Shown: piece after piece, positions 1 to 12,963 of the stretch
Numbering within the stretch: the stretch's first letter is position 1
How the letters are laid out: each line of letters begins with the position of its first letter
Origin: Squalus acanthias
Taxonomy: Eukaryota
NCBI GenBank assembly: GCA_030390025.1
Contig: CM059432.1
Span: 37,822,001 to 37,886,000, forward strand
Direction: 5' to 3'
Length of the DNA: 64,000 nt
Notes under the pieces: generated by a model
What the model was told of the DNA's origin: nothing
The model's input: the letters and a program-made list of their open reading frames with translations, nothing else
Databases searched by the model: none
Translations under genes and position numbers: made by a program

Positions 1-99
1 AAAAACACTATTGTTTGCAAAGACTTAGAAAATGGTGCTAAGTTCCATCTTGCCCCAACATGTTTTTATTCAGACAAGTAATCAAGCTCCCTCAACTAC

Positions 100-350
100 T
101 GTAGAGAAGTTAGGAAACGCTTATTCACGCAAAGGGTGGTGGAAGTGTGGAACTCTCTCCCACAAAAAGTAGTAGATGCTAGCTCAATTAATAATTTTAA
201 ATCCGAGAGCGATAGATCTCTGCTGGCCAAGGGAATTAGGGATATGGAGCCAAGGTGAGTGGATGGAGTTAGGATACAGATCAACCATGATCTCATTGAA
301 TGGTGGAATAGGCTCGAGGGGCTGAATGGCCTACTCCTGTTCCTATGTCT
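100..350 (+). mobile_element. CR1-clade LINE 3' end fragment
   Basis: FTQRVVEVWNSLP-type coding remnant and the 3' UTR gatcaaccatgatctcattgaatgg...cctactcctgttcctatgt, shared with other copies in the window. Confidence 0.75.
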
Positions 351-503
351 GTCAAATCTGCTTTTAATTCATTCATTTGCTTCTCCACCTCCAAAACATC
401 TTGCGCTATATAAAACAATCCATCTGGAGTAGTCAGCTTTTTGGCTTCTGCAAAGTTATAATTCTTATATTCAACTAGAATCAGGGGCAGGAGGTAACAT
501 AAT

Positions 504-526
504 ACACACACACACACACACACACA
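504..526. repeat. (CA)n microsatellite
   Basis: Direct (ac)n run. Confidence 0.9.
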
Positions 527-1633
527 GGTAGTAATTTCTACAATATGTCTGAGGAATTACTTATCATCTGACTGGGGTAGTGGTGTATAGGGAATCGAAC
601 CATAATGGCATCAGGCCAAGGAGCCTTATCTCAAAAAACCATGATGCCAAGTCCTGTACTGCATATATAATCACATGTAAAGTGACCGCAGTATATTAAA
701 AAAAAATTAAATTAAAAAATTTAGTGGATGCCTACACGTTACAAGATTGTGTTAGTAGGTATCTACTTTTTGATGGGAGGTCCTGTCAATTTGGAGCGAC
801 TGGTGTAATGATCATATTGTGGAGACTTCATGGACAGTGGGAACAAACAGTTTGCACTGCTTTTAGTTTATTATTTAGAAGTAGCACGTTCATAAGCTGC
901 AGTAATGCCTACAATGCACTCCACCCACGGATGACAGGATGAGCAAACTGATTTATCCAACCGCTACATGTGTAACTGCACCCTATATTGGCATATAATA
1001 AACAACAGTTACGCTTTGGTGCAAGTGATGTGCTTCTTTTTCTTCAAAATATAAATCTTAGTGACTATATTTGTGCTTTTTGTTGACAGGTCTGTTTTGT
1101 GAAAAGCCCCCTTTTATAATCCGCTCATGCGGTATAATGAATATAAAATATTTACATCATTATAATGAGTATTATTTACCGCCTTCCTTGTGTTGCTTAT
1201 CCAATGTTTTTTTTAATTTATAGTTTAGCTTGGCCTAGGCAAATTATCACTTGCACTCTCCTCCTTCCAGCATTGGCAGTCTAGTCGTCATTCTCAAATT
1301 GTTATCTTATCCATGGTACTTGAAGGCTAAGTCATGCAACTCCCCATAGCGAATGAGCATACTTGCTCCTTATGTTTTGAACTCTTCACGTGTCAAACAA
1401 CCTCTTACAGATCCTTTGATCAGAGGAGATGTCACAAAGATAAATGATAAGACCCTCAGGTTCCATTTCCTTTACATGAATAGGTCTCCCTCTCTTTCGT
1501 TAAATGGTTAGTCATAACAACAAATGTAACAAACTAAGTTTTAAAAAAGCTATCACAACAATGGCTCCGTAAACCAAATATAATACTGTAAATGTTGAAA
1601 AATGCAGGCACGGCACATGTACAAGAATCACAG

Positions 1634-2508
1634 GCCTGAATTTCGCCCCCTCCCCCGGCCGCCGCATTGGTGTGTTTACCATTGGATGGTCCTATCACTC
1701 ACCAATGGAAAACTGCCACTAACCCGTCACAATTTCCTCCCAGAACCTCATTAGCCATGTGGGGTGGTTTGGAGGCCAGAAAACTGCCTTCATTTGCCTA
1801 CTGCTACTAGGAAGCAGGAGAATACAGTTCTGGTAAGGTTGCATCCAGTTAAAGCACAACAACACTTTCAGCAAATTGTCAGAAGGAGCAGCAGGTGTGT
1901 CAGCAGCTGGAAGGGCCCACAGACCTTCCAACATCTCCATGGCAGTGCTGTGCGTTGTCTGATCCCACGGTGTTCAATTTTAACCTGCTCTTCCGAGCAG
2001 GCCTCAAGGACACCCGCCTGAAGCCTTCTTTAAATATGCAGATCGGGCCCCGACTGCAATTTTAACAGCGACTTGAGCAAGGAAGCCATTGTGGCTTTCC
2101 AGTCAAGTGACGAGTACGAGAAAAGCAACAGGGACCAGAAGAGGCCAATTAAGGTAAGTCGGACTGCTCCTCAAGACCTTGTGGGACCAGGAGTCATCGG
2201 ACTGCTCCTCAAGACCTCACAAAGAAAGTTCAGGCCTCCCTGCCCAGAGTTCCCTCCCATGAGATCCTCCTTGCAAAATACCTTCTCGCTGACAAGCCTC
2301 CCTTTGCTGCCAGCCAGTGGCCTCCTGGCACCTGAACCTCCACTCTCCTTGCCAGCTAGCTGCCGCATCCTGCCCATTTTGGGTGGGCAGCTGACAGGCG
2401 GCATGCAGATAAGCCCTGGTAGTTAAAAATCACTTGGTCCTCACGCTGCTGAGGTTGGGTTGTGCTGCTCGCCTTGACCAGCCCGCCCGCTCCAGGTTAA
2501 AATCCGAG
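1634..2508. mobile_element. Degenerate non-autonomous DNA transposon (GGCC/GGGC-ended MITE-like family C)
   Basis: GC-rich block starting ggcctgaatttc and ending gttaaaatccgagc. Internal motifs (ttttaacc, aaggtaagt, ccttgtgggaccaggag) resemble 6733-7354 and 17870-18400. Confidence 0.5.
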
Positions 2509-5500
2509 CTTTTGTAACCATGCCACAAAAATCATATAGAAAGAAGTATTTCACACACACAGCAACTTTATTGATTGACCAGGAGGCCTGCTATTGTTGT
2601 CTCAGGTGGTAATCTCCCCAACCGAAAATACCAGGATGTAGGCCCGAGAAACAATCACCATTAGAGTCAATGAGATGCTCACCACTCGTAGAACCTAGCA
2701 GGTCAGAGAATATTTTCCTGATTGTGGGGGGAGGGGGGGGGAAAAAATGCCGAAACTGGGCTTCAAATGCCAGAAACACAAGGTCTTATCCCAGAAGAAC
2801 TCAAAATGACAATACCAGCAGAAACGGTCATGGTGGAACAGACTGACCGACGAAATCTTCAGTGTGACTGAGGCGGGTATGGGAGTGTTCACCAGTACAA
2901 TTGACAGGTGCCTTCTTTTCAATGGCACAGTGTGTACAGCACCGTAACTGATCAGAAATGTAATTTGCCGTAAAAGTTGGCAAATAGCCAATCACTACTT
3001 GCTTTATAGATGATAGGAAGAATTTTCTGGTTTAAGTGCAGCTGGTGATAGTGGGGCCCTGGGGCTTCACGGCTGCTGGAATGGAAAGGGCTAATAACCA
3101 TGTTGGAACTTCAGGGTCCTCCTCATTTTTGCAAGTGCAGCGTGCTCCCAGCATCAAGTATGTCTCGGGACCTTTAAAATCAGTTTCTATTGCCAATTTT
3201 AAAAAAAGAGAGGCCTTTTTTTTGTGTGCTTTTCAGTTTTTATTTTTACCATCAAAAATGGGTGAAACTCAAGTGGAAAAGAATTTAGAGCCCAATGAAA
3301 GGTTAAATTCGGAGAAAATCAGTTATTTGTTTTGAACATCACTAAACCTCACAGTTCCCCAGATATCACTTTTTTTGGGCTTTAACCGCAGTCCCAAGAA
3401 TTCTGGTAAGCGTATGTTCCCAGGAGTTGTGTTAAAGCGTGTAGGAGGGAATGAAGTGATAAATCTAAGCATTCAATTTTGTCACGCTTTGCTATCCACT
3501 TTGAAATGTGAACAGTAGAATTCTTGAAGCCAATGATCCAGCTCAATACTACCATTCTGTGAGACTCCCTAGGCTTCGAGAGAACACAGATGCACCACTG
3601 TGATATCATTAAGGCAAAATAATGCACGTTGATCCACATCCAGCAGGGTTTAAACAGACACTAACCTCTCTCCCTGGTGCAATCTGCCAGTAACATGGAG
3701 GGGGAAATTGAGTATATACTCGCGACTGAATTTCCATGATTGAGGCGCCACCTCTAATAAATCTAATTGGTGTGGTTCCAATCATAGCTGGCACCAGCAG
3801 TATTTTGGTAATACACCCAGTGATGGTACAAGCCAATGCAAATCATCCATATTGAGCAACAACTGGGTGTTCAAAAAATTAAGCTGAATTGGCTCAATCT
3901 GACTCATTCTTTGGGTTAGGAACTAAGGTTTCATGCTCATTCCTGGGGTTCTTAGTGTTGGTGAACTTCCCTTAAGTTGCTTCCCTTCCAGAATTTGGTA
4001 CTGAAGGTCAGGTCTTGAAATGCTAGTGCATTGTGCTATTGATACCTTCACAGATGTTATGCCCATACATCATCAAGCAATGCACGTGATGTCGCTAACG
4101 CGATACGTACGCCTCTCAGGATCCGCTAACAGCAAGGAGAATTCCTCTTTTTGCAGGCCAGGATTGGGCTGAAGTTCAGGATTTCTCTGCCAACCTGGAA
4201 AAATCCTGGAATTTATCAGTAAAGATTGGTAAAGATTTGCAAGGGTGCCTCCCATTGGAAGCTCACCACTTGTGGAGTGAGGTACCTGGCACTGCTTCAG
4301 GATTTAAGAGCCCTACGCCAGCATCTTAAAGGGGAGCTACAATCATTTATTTAAATTAATAAACATTTCCAGCTATTTTTTGGCAGATAAAAATAGAGAT
4401 GGTGAAGCACCACATGTCCCAAAGGTTCCTGCTGCTTCCGTGAAAGACTTATTGGATCAAGTTTGGCACCCAGTGTCCACATGGGGCAGCAACAAAGAGT
4501 GCTTGGTGGTAACACATGTTAATGCAAAGGGCACCACCTGGAGGAGCTGGCTGTCAGTCAGGAAGAACTGATAAGCATTCAAAACAGTATAAAAAGATAT
4601 GGATGGAGTTAAAATACAGATCAGCCATGGTCTCATTGAATGGCGGAACAGGCTCGAGGGACTGAATGGCCTTCTCCTGTTCCTATGAAACCTCACCAAG
4701 GGTCAGCCAAGATAGGACTGACGAGCAGAATGTTATATGAAGTACTGCCCAAACACTAGGGAAAGAGAGGGTGAAGAGCTTCTTCCCCCTCACACTATCT
4801 TAGTCTTACAGTCCACTGAATGCTTACCACATGGCCATTCTACAGCAGAGCACACTATCATTTACATAATTGAAAGGATTTGGCCAAAAATATTCTATGC
4901 CTGCATGATGCATATAAATGTAATCACACCCATGTTGGGCAGCACAGTGGCACTTAATTATCCTCCTGATTATTTCAACTCATCACCTTATCTTCTCCGC
5001 TTTCAGGACAAGATTGCACAGAATAGGCAGGAGGATTCCATAACTTACATCACGCGAGTGACATCGAGACCACCCTCCAGATTAGTGGCTAAAAGAGCAT
5101 AGAGGGAGTAGGGGATGATTAATTCAGCATTCTAGTCGTAGCTCAGCATTAATCTCTCTCTCTCATTTTTCTCACCTACTCAAATCAGTCACCAGTACAT
5201 ACACTGAGCATAATACAGTCTGACTCATTCTGCTGTAAACCATGTTTAAAAAACTGTCTTCGTGACAGCACTGTTTCTCTTCTCTTTCTCCACAGGAACT
5301 TGTGCAGAGTTTCCCAGGCCTGCTGAGCCTCTCATAGGTCACACACTTCTACCCATGCAAGTAACTCGGGTACATCTACCATGGGGGATTTAGAAAGAGA
5401 GAGAGTAGGTTGCAACGAGTGTTACACAAAGCACAGCTACGCAGGTGCAAGAGGAGGAGCAGGAACCAGCTGTCTTAAGGTTCAGCTCACGCCAATTCTC

Positions 5501-5685
5501 AGCTATTGAGCCCCAGGATTTGGACCTAAAAGGGCCTGCTTTTAAAAGGATGCTTTCTGAGCACAGACCTTTGATAGAGTCATTGGAAACTATGCCAAAC
5601 AATTTGCAGCAGCGAAGGGTAGTGTGGAGGAGTCCACTATCCACAGTAGCGTGCCGTGGTGATGGCTGGGTTCCCTGCACTGCAT

Positions 5686-6148
5686 AAGAAAGACTTGCAT
5701 TTATATAGCGCCTTTCACGACCACTGGACGTCCCAAAGCACTTTACAGCCAATGAAGTACTTTTGGAGTGTAGTCACTGTTGTAATGTGGGAAACGCGGC
5801 AGCCAATTTGCACACAGCAAGGTCCCACAAACAGCAATGTGATAATGACCAGATAATCTGTTTTTGTTATGTTGGTTGAGGGATAAATATTGGCCAGGAC
5901 GCCGGGGATAACGCCCCTGCTCTTCTTCGAAATAGTGGCATGGGATCTTTTATGTCCAACTGAGGGAGCAGACGGGGCCTCGGTTTAACATCTCATCCGA
6001 AAGACGGCACCTCCGACAGTGCAGCACTCCCTCAGCACTCCACTGGAGTGTCAGCCTAGCTTTATGTGCTCAAGTCCCTGGAATGGGACTTGAACCCACA
6101 ACCTTCTGACTCAGAGGCAAGTGTGCTACCCACTGAGCCACAGCTGAC
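5686..6148 (-). mobile_element. Full-length tRNA-headed DeuSINE (SacSINE1-like)
   Basis: Minus strand has A box tggctcagtgg, B box ggttcaagtcc, Deu-like core gtgctgcactgtcggaggtgccgtctttcggatgag, and a tail aggcgctatataaatgcaagt matching the L2 3' end at ~50400-50470. Confidence 0.85.
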
Positions 6149-6732
6149 AATATGAAGTGTTTGCCAACTTCACCTGCATCTACAGCAGCATTGCTACTGG
6201 CAGAGGCCTTAAGGCCAGAGTTATTATCCATCATGAATGCACAGACTGCTGCTTTAGAGGCTTGGGGTCCAAAATATTACTGGATACACATGTTGTACCA
6301 GAAGTTACTCGTATAATCACCACTATCATACCAGACAGATACATAGTCACCTTCACCATTAAAACTTAGGGAATTACTAGAACATGGGAGATTCCCTTAA
6401 CCAACATGCATGGCAATCAGATTTTCTGAAACCCCGTTAGTCACGCTCATCTTAAATGATGATTGGAGCCATATGTTAACCAAAATTCACGTTGCTGTCT
6501 TCTTGCTCTGTTTAATGAAGGTTCCCCCCCCCACCCACCCCGTTATCAATAGCTCAAAATTCAACTTAAAAGTGAATTGCACACATGCTCCTCAAATTAC
6601 AGTGTTGCTTACTGAGTTTAACTGGTATTTTCACGACAATTATTCCAACCTGTTTGACATTTTAAGACTATATTTTGGGACCAGATAAACTCTGCTAACC
6701 ATGGACAACTGATCTATGTTCATAGCACTAAT

Positions 6733-7354
6733 GACTTTTAACCCCCAAAAACAGGTGGGTTGGGGTCAGGTGAGATGTAAATTTTTTTAAAATCTCAAAC
6801 CTGATCCCAACATGCCCACTTCCGGGTTTAATGGAGGTGGGCTGGGGGGCATGCAGAGAACCCGCTCCAGGAGACGGGTTGGCCATTTAAATATTATAAT
6901 GAGGCTGGGAACCTCACACTTAACCTGCTTTACAGGTTTAACCCTGGCCGGCCGGGTTTCCCAGGCCTCGGGAAACCCGGCAGCTCAAGGAGGCGAGGAC
7001 TGTTTTGGGGAAAAGTTAAGTGCCTTTGCAGCACTGCTTGTGGGCCAGGAGTAGCAGGAGTGCTTCCCCACGGCCCCCCAAGCTTACCTGCCTCTCTGGG
7101 ATTGGACCTCCCCCACCAAGCTCCCACTCACAGCTGCAGGCTCCTTACCTGCTCCGGAGTGCTCCCCGCCCGATTGAAAACCAACCAAGCCCGTCAACCA
7201 GGCTGACATCCGGGCAGGGATCCTGTCAAAATAAAATACGCACTCTGTGGACTTAAAACTCCACAGCATGCGGGGAAACCTGGACTTCAGGGTTTCCCGA
7301 CCAAACTACCCCCCACCCCCCGGCTCGGAAAACCCGCTCGTCAATATCGGGGCC
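6733..7354 (+). mobile_element. MITE-like element, family C
   Basis: Homologous in inverted orientation to 11960-12963 (ttaacccc..aaa..caggtgggtt, cccacttccgg, gcagcactgcttgt.ggccagga). Ends ...tatcggggcc. Confidence 0.65.
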
Positions 7355-7835
7355 AATGTTTCTGGCTGTCTTTAGGCCATCAGAAATATAGCTGCCACCT
7401 GGATGCTTGACCCTATCGCCCTTATCCTCAGGAACATCAAAAGTCCTATTGTTATTTCAATGATTTCCATGTCAATTTGAACAGTCACCACTATCTCTCT
7501 GCAACAGATACGGTTCAGATTGCTCAAAGTGATTGTCACAAGAAATTCAGCGTTGCTGACAGTTATTAGTAATTTATGCAATAGTGCCCACTTCTGAAAG
7601 GAAAGGCTTTCCTGGCAGAAAAGTAGAATGTTATTTATGAAATAGGATCTAATGCTGTTTGCGGTTACAAGTAAACAGCAGTATAAATCCAGTGCATCCT
7701 GGCTCCTGGGGTGTTGTTCATAATTCAAATTGATGTGAACAATTTCCAATCACCAGGGAGTTCTTTTCTTGAAAGATCAATCAATCACCTCGGCTCACTC
7801 TAGCGCATCTCCTTGTTTGTCACATCGTCCCTCAC

Positions 7836-8375
7836 TAAGGAGGCTGCACCGAAACTTCCACTTTATAAATCACTGGTTAGGCCTCAGCTGGAGTATCATG
7901 TCCATTTCTGGGCACCACACTTTAGGAAGGATGGCAAGGTCTTGGCGAGGGACCAGAGGAGATTTGCCAGAATACCAGGGATGAGGGTCTTCAGTTACGT
8001 GGAGAGAAGCTGGGATTGTTCTCCTTCGAACAGAGAAGATTAAGGGGAGATTTAATAGAGGTGTTCAAAATTACAAGGGGTTTTGATAGAGTAAGTAAGA
8101 GAAACTGTTTCCACTGGTAGGAGGGTCGGTAACCAGAGGACACAGATTTAAGATAATTGGTAAAGGAACCAGAGGGGAGATGAGGAGAAATTTCTTTAGA
8201 GTTATGATGATCTGGAATGCACTGCTTGAAAGGGTGGTGGAAGCAGATTCAATAGTAACTTTCAAAAGGGAATTGGATAAATATTTGAAAAGGAAAAAAA
8301 TTCAGGGCTTTGGGGAAAGAGCAGGGAAGTGGGAGTAATTGGATAGCTCTTTCAAAGAGCCGGTACAGGGATTGA
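7836..8375 (+). mobile_element. CR1-clade LINE 3' fragment; its tail continues at 10875-10925 after a nested LINE
   Basis: LYKSLVRPQLEY...FWAPHFRKD remnant. The 3' UTR breaks at gagccggtacaggg and resumes as gaatggcctccttctgtgctgtaagattctatg at ~10887. Confidence 0.8.
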
Positions 8376-10874
8376 TACATATACATAGAAGATAGGAGCA
8401 GGAGTAGGCCATCCGGCCCTTCGAGCCTGCTCCGCCATTTAATGAGATCATGGCTGATCCTCCAATTCAGTATCCCATCCCCGCCTTCTCTCCGTAACCC
8501 TTCACCCCTTTTGCCTGTAGAAATATATCTAATTCCCTCTTAAATATATTTAATGAGCTGGCGTACACTGCCCTCTGTGGCAATGAGTTCCACAGGTTCA
8601 CCACCCTCTGAGTGAAGAAATTCCCCCTCATTTCTGTCCTAAATGGTTTAGCCCTTATCCTTAAATTATGTCCTCTAGTTCTGTTCTCACCCGCCAAGGG
8701 AAACATTCCTTCTGCATCTAGTCTGTCTAGACCTGTCAGAATTTTATACACTTCTATGAGGTCCCCTCTCAATCTTCTAAACTCCAGTGTGTACATCCCT
8801 AAACTACATAGTCTCTCCTCATAGGTCAATCCCGCCATTCCTGGTATCAGCCTGGTGAATCGCCGCTGCACCCCCTCCATGGCAAGAACATCTTTCCTCA
8901 GATGAGGCGACCAAAACTGTACACAGTACTCGAGGTGTGGTCTCACCAGTGCCCTGTACAGCTGCAGCAAGGTATCCCTGTTCCTGTATTCCAACCCTTT
9001 TGCTATGAAGGCCAGCATACCGTTTGCCTTCTTGACCGCCTGTTGCACCTGCATGCTCGCCTTCAGTGACTGGTGAACAAGAACACCCAGGTCTCTCTGT
9101 ACTTCCCCCTCTCCCAATTTATTGCCATTTAAATAATAATTTGCCCTCCTGTTCCTGCACCCAAGGTGGATAACTTCGCACTTGTCCACATTATAGTGCA
9201 TCTGCCATTTATCCGCCCAATCACCCAGTCTGTCCAAATCGCTCTGGAGCTTCCTGGTCTCCTCCTCTGAGCCCACCCCCCCTCCTAGTTTAGTGTCGTC
9301 TGCAAATTTGGAAATGCTGCATCCGACTCCCTGATCCAGGTCATTAATGTAAATTGTGAACAGCTGGGGACCCAGGACAGATCCCTGCGGTACCCCACTT
9401 GTTACTGCCTGCCATTCAGAAAATGAGCCGTTTATTCCAACTCTCTGTTTTCTATCTGACAGCCAGTTCTCTATCCACGTCAATACTTTCCCCTTTATCC
9501 CATGAGCTTCAATTTTCCCTGCTAATCTTTTATGTGGGACCTTATCGAAGGCCTTTTGGAAGTCAAGGTACACCACATCTACTGGCTCTCCCCCATCTAT
9601 TTTACCAGTTACTCCCTCAAAAAATTCCAATAGATTAGTCAAGCACGATTTACCCTTTGTAAATCCATGTTGACTCTGTCCTATCCTGTCCCCATTTGCT
9701 AAGTGCTCCGCTATTTCATCCTTAACGATGGACTCCAGCATTTTGCCCACAACTGATGTAAGGCTTACAGGTCTGTAATTACCTGCTTTTTCCCTACCCC
9801 CCTTTTTGAATAGTGGGGTAACGTTAGCTACCCTCCAATCCATGGGCACTGTTCCCGAGTCTAATGAATTCTGAAAAATCATACTTAGTGCATCCGCTAT
9901 CTCTAGGGCCACCTCCTTCAGCACCCTAGGATGCATGTTATCAGGCCCTGGGGATTTGTCCGCCTTCAATCCCTTTAGCTTCCTTAACACCATATCCTTA
10001 GAGATATTGATTTGCGTCAGTTCCTCCTTTGCAAATGTCCCTATTTTTCCCGATATCCCAGGGAGGTTTTTTGTGTCTTCCTTCGTAAAGACTGACCCAA
10101 AGTATGCATTTAGTTGGTCTGCCATTTCCTTATTTCCCGTTATATATTCCCCCGTATCTGACTGCAATGGGCCAACTTTGGTTTTCACCAGTCTTTTCCT
10201 CTTGATATACTTATAAAAGCTTTTGGAGTTAGTTTTTATATTTTCCGCCAGCTTGCTTTCGTAAGCTATTTTGCCCCTCTTGATTAAGCCCTTTGTCCTC
10301 CTTTGCTCTATCTTAAACTGTTCCCAATCTTCCGCTCTGGCGCTTTTTTTGGCTATTTTATACGCCCTATCTTTGGATTTTATGCTGTCTCTAATTTCCC
10401 CTGTTATCCACGGTTGAGTCACCTTTTTAGATTTCCTTTTATGCCAGATTGGTATAAACAATTTTTGCAATTTTGTCATTCTATCTTTAAATGCTTGCCA
10501 TTGTTTATCTACCTCCAGTCCTCCCAGGAACGTTGTCCAATCAGACCTACTCAGTTCCCGTCTAATGGCATCATAATTCCCCTTGTTTAAATTCAGGACC
10601 TTAGTATCTGAGTCAATTTCTTCGCTCTCCATTTCGAGTGAGAAATCGATCATGTTATGATCGCTCTGACCCAAGGGTCCCCGTACAACAAGATTACTAA
10701 TTAGTCCCTTCTCATTGCACAGTACCCAGTCCAATATAGCCTGTTCCCGAGTTGGTTCCTCGACATATTGATCCAGATAACCATCCCTTAAACACTCAAG
10801 GAATTCCTCCTCCTCATTATTTTTACTGATTAGGCTAGTCCAATCTATATGTAAGTTAAAGTCACCTATGATGA
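8376..10874 (-). mobile_element. Young 5'-truncated CR1-clade LINE with uninterrupted ORF2 (C-terminal APE endonuclease + reverse transcriptase)
   Basis: ORF 8467-10938 contains GDFN, LDWVL and SDHN (APE) and QHGF, YLDFQKAFDKV, GVPQGSVLGP, FADDTKL (RT). Its first ~20 aa derive from the flanking LINE. The 3' UTR has a short ctatgtat tail. Confidence 0.95.
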
Positions 10875-11344
10875 CAGATGATGAACTGAATGGCCTCCTT
10901 CTGTGCTGTAAGATTCTATGATTCCACTTATCCAACATTTTAGCCAGTTACTTGGAGACTTAAGAGGGAACGGGGAGAAAAATAAAAAATAGCTTACCAT
11001 AAAAATGTTTGATTTTTATATGGAAACAATCAAAAGAACTCAAAAGTTATTGTGATCAGAATAAAAACTATAGTTATGATTTTTATAGTCTGCCCACCCC
11101 CCTGACTCATATGGTGGAGTAGAACTCTCCCCACAATGTGGGTGAAACATCTGTGGAACATATGCAGCAAAGATGGCAATGTATGGATTTGCTTAAAACC
11201 TGGGAAACACCAGGCAGTCTGAAACTCATTGCTGGAACTCACCCACACAGATTCATCAAGAAAATCAGAATGCAACCATAAACTAACCCCACCCCTTGCC
11301 ACACAAGTAACGATTCCCCAACCGTATAAGGCCCAACACCCTAG

Positions 11345-11530
11345 CATCTTACAGCACAGAGACCGAGACCATTTGGCCCATCATGCCTGTGTCAGCTCTT
11401 TGAACGAGCTATCCAATTAGTTCCACTTCCCTGCTCTTTCCCCATAGCCCTGAACATTTTTCATTTTCAAGTGTACATCCAATTCCCTTTTGAAAGGTAC
11501 TACTGAATCTGCTTTTACCACCCTTTTCTG
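11345..11530 (-). mobile_element. CR1-clade LINE 3' tail fragment
   Basis: FKRELDVHLK..QGYGERAGKWN remnant plus 3' UTR. Confidence 0.7.
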
Positions 11531-11959
11531 CAGCATAACAACCATATATGCAGGATTTCTGATACCTCCTGACCTAGCCAAACCCGACAGACAAATCATC
11601 CGGCCCCCCCAAAAAGTGCACTGTTGCCAACATACATGTAGTGTTCTGATCACAATAATCTAAAATTACCATGTGACAAAACAGTACACTGACCTCATAC
11701 ATGCATTGTTTCCATGAAGAAAATTAATACTTTTTAATTTCACTGATTTTTTTCCCCCCACAGAAATTACTATCATTTTAAATTAGTAATTTGACGAGCT
11801 GGTATGTGGTCGCATATATACATCTGCACACTGAGGATTATTAGAGGAACAAAGTGGGGAATTAGAAGAGATTTGTTCTCAGAGTTATTCGAACATGGAA
11901 TGCCTTACTACAAGTGGCTACAACGACATCATTTAAAATTATTTCATGGCGTGGGTGTT

Positions 11960-12963
11960 TTTAAAAAAAATGAAAAACCGAATCCTCGCCCGGAAACCAG
12001 CCTGATTGACGAGCTCGGTTGCCTGCCGGGCGGGGAAAGCTCCAGAAAAGGCCGCAGCTCAGGTAAGTTTTGTGGCTGTTGGGGTAGAGATCACCCGGGG
12101 GGGAGGAGAGGAGAGAAAGGGTAGGAGAGCGTGGTTGGCTGGGTGGGGGTGGGGGTCGGCAAGTGGGGGGGGAGGTGGCAGTGTTTATAGGGTTTGGTTG
12201 TTGGGCCTGGAGGAAACACTTCTGCTCTTCCTGGCCTACAAGCAGTGCTGCAAAGGCATTTACCTGGTGGATCATAGAAACATAGAAAAATAGGAGCAAG
12301 AGTAGGCCATTCGGCCCTTCGAGCCTGCTCCGCCATTCAATATGATCATGGCTGATCCTCTATCTCAATACCATATTCCCGCTCTCTCCCTATACTCCTT
12401 GACGCCTTTTGCATCTAGAAATCTATCTATCTCCTTCTTAAATATATTCAGTGACTTGGCCTCCACAGCCTTCTGTGGTAGAGAATTCCACAGGTTCACC
12501 ACCCTCTGAGTGAAGAAATTTCTCCTCATCTCAGTCCTAAATGTCCTACCCCGTATCCTGAGACTGTGACCCCTCGTTCTAGAGCCCCCAGCCAGGGGAA
12601 ACATCCTCCCTGCATCCAGTCTGTCTAGCCCTGTCAGAATTTTATACGTTTCAATGAGATCCCCCCTCATTCTTCTAAACTCTAGGATCCAGCCCTTCTT
12701 GCCTCCTTTTACCTGCTGGGTTCCCCCGAGGCCCGGGAAATCCAGCCAACATGGGTTAAAAATAGAAACCCTGTAAAAAAAAAAAATGGAGGCACGCAGC
12801 CTCCTTAAAAGGTTTCAACGACCAACCCACCTCCTGAGAGCGGATTGGTCGCCCGCCCCTCGTCCCGCCTCTGTTAAAACCGGAAGTGGGCAGGTTCTTT
12901 CTTCGGATTTTTTACATTTTAACCTCCCAAACCCACCTGGTTTTAGGGGTTAAATTACCCCCA
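11960..12963 (-). mobile_element. MITE-like element, family C, interrupted by a CR1 fragment
   Basis: Reverse-complement homology to 6733-7354 on both sides of 12271-12685. Confidence 0.65.
12271..12685 (-). mobile_element. CR1-clade LINE 3' fragment
   Basis: ORF MRGDLIETYKILTGLDRLDAGRMFP...FFTQRVVNLWNSLP and a (ctatgttt)n tail. Confidence 0.9.

Noticed and set aside
369..405. Possible TMEM241 last exon (tatag|C-ARCFGGGEANE*), with GEA at the same offset as the recalled CLLLGALGEALL
   Set aside because: Only C and GEA match and the hydrophobic residues are missing, so this is probably chance. The overlapping 293-523 ORF has no recognisable homology.
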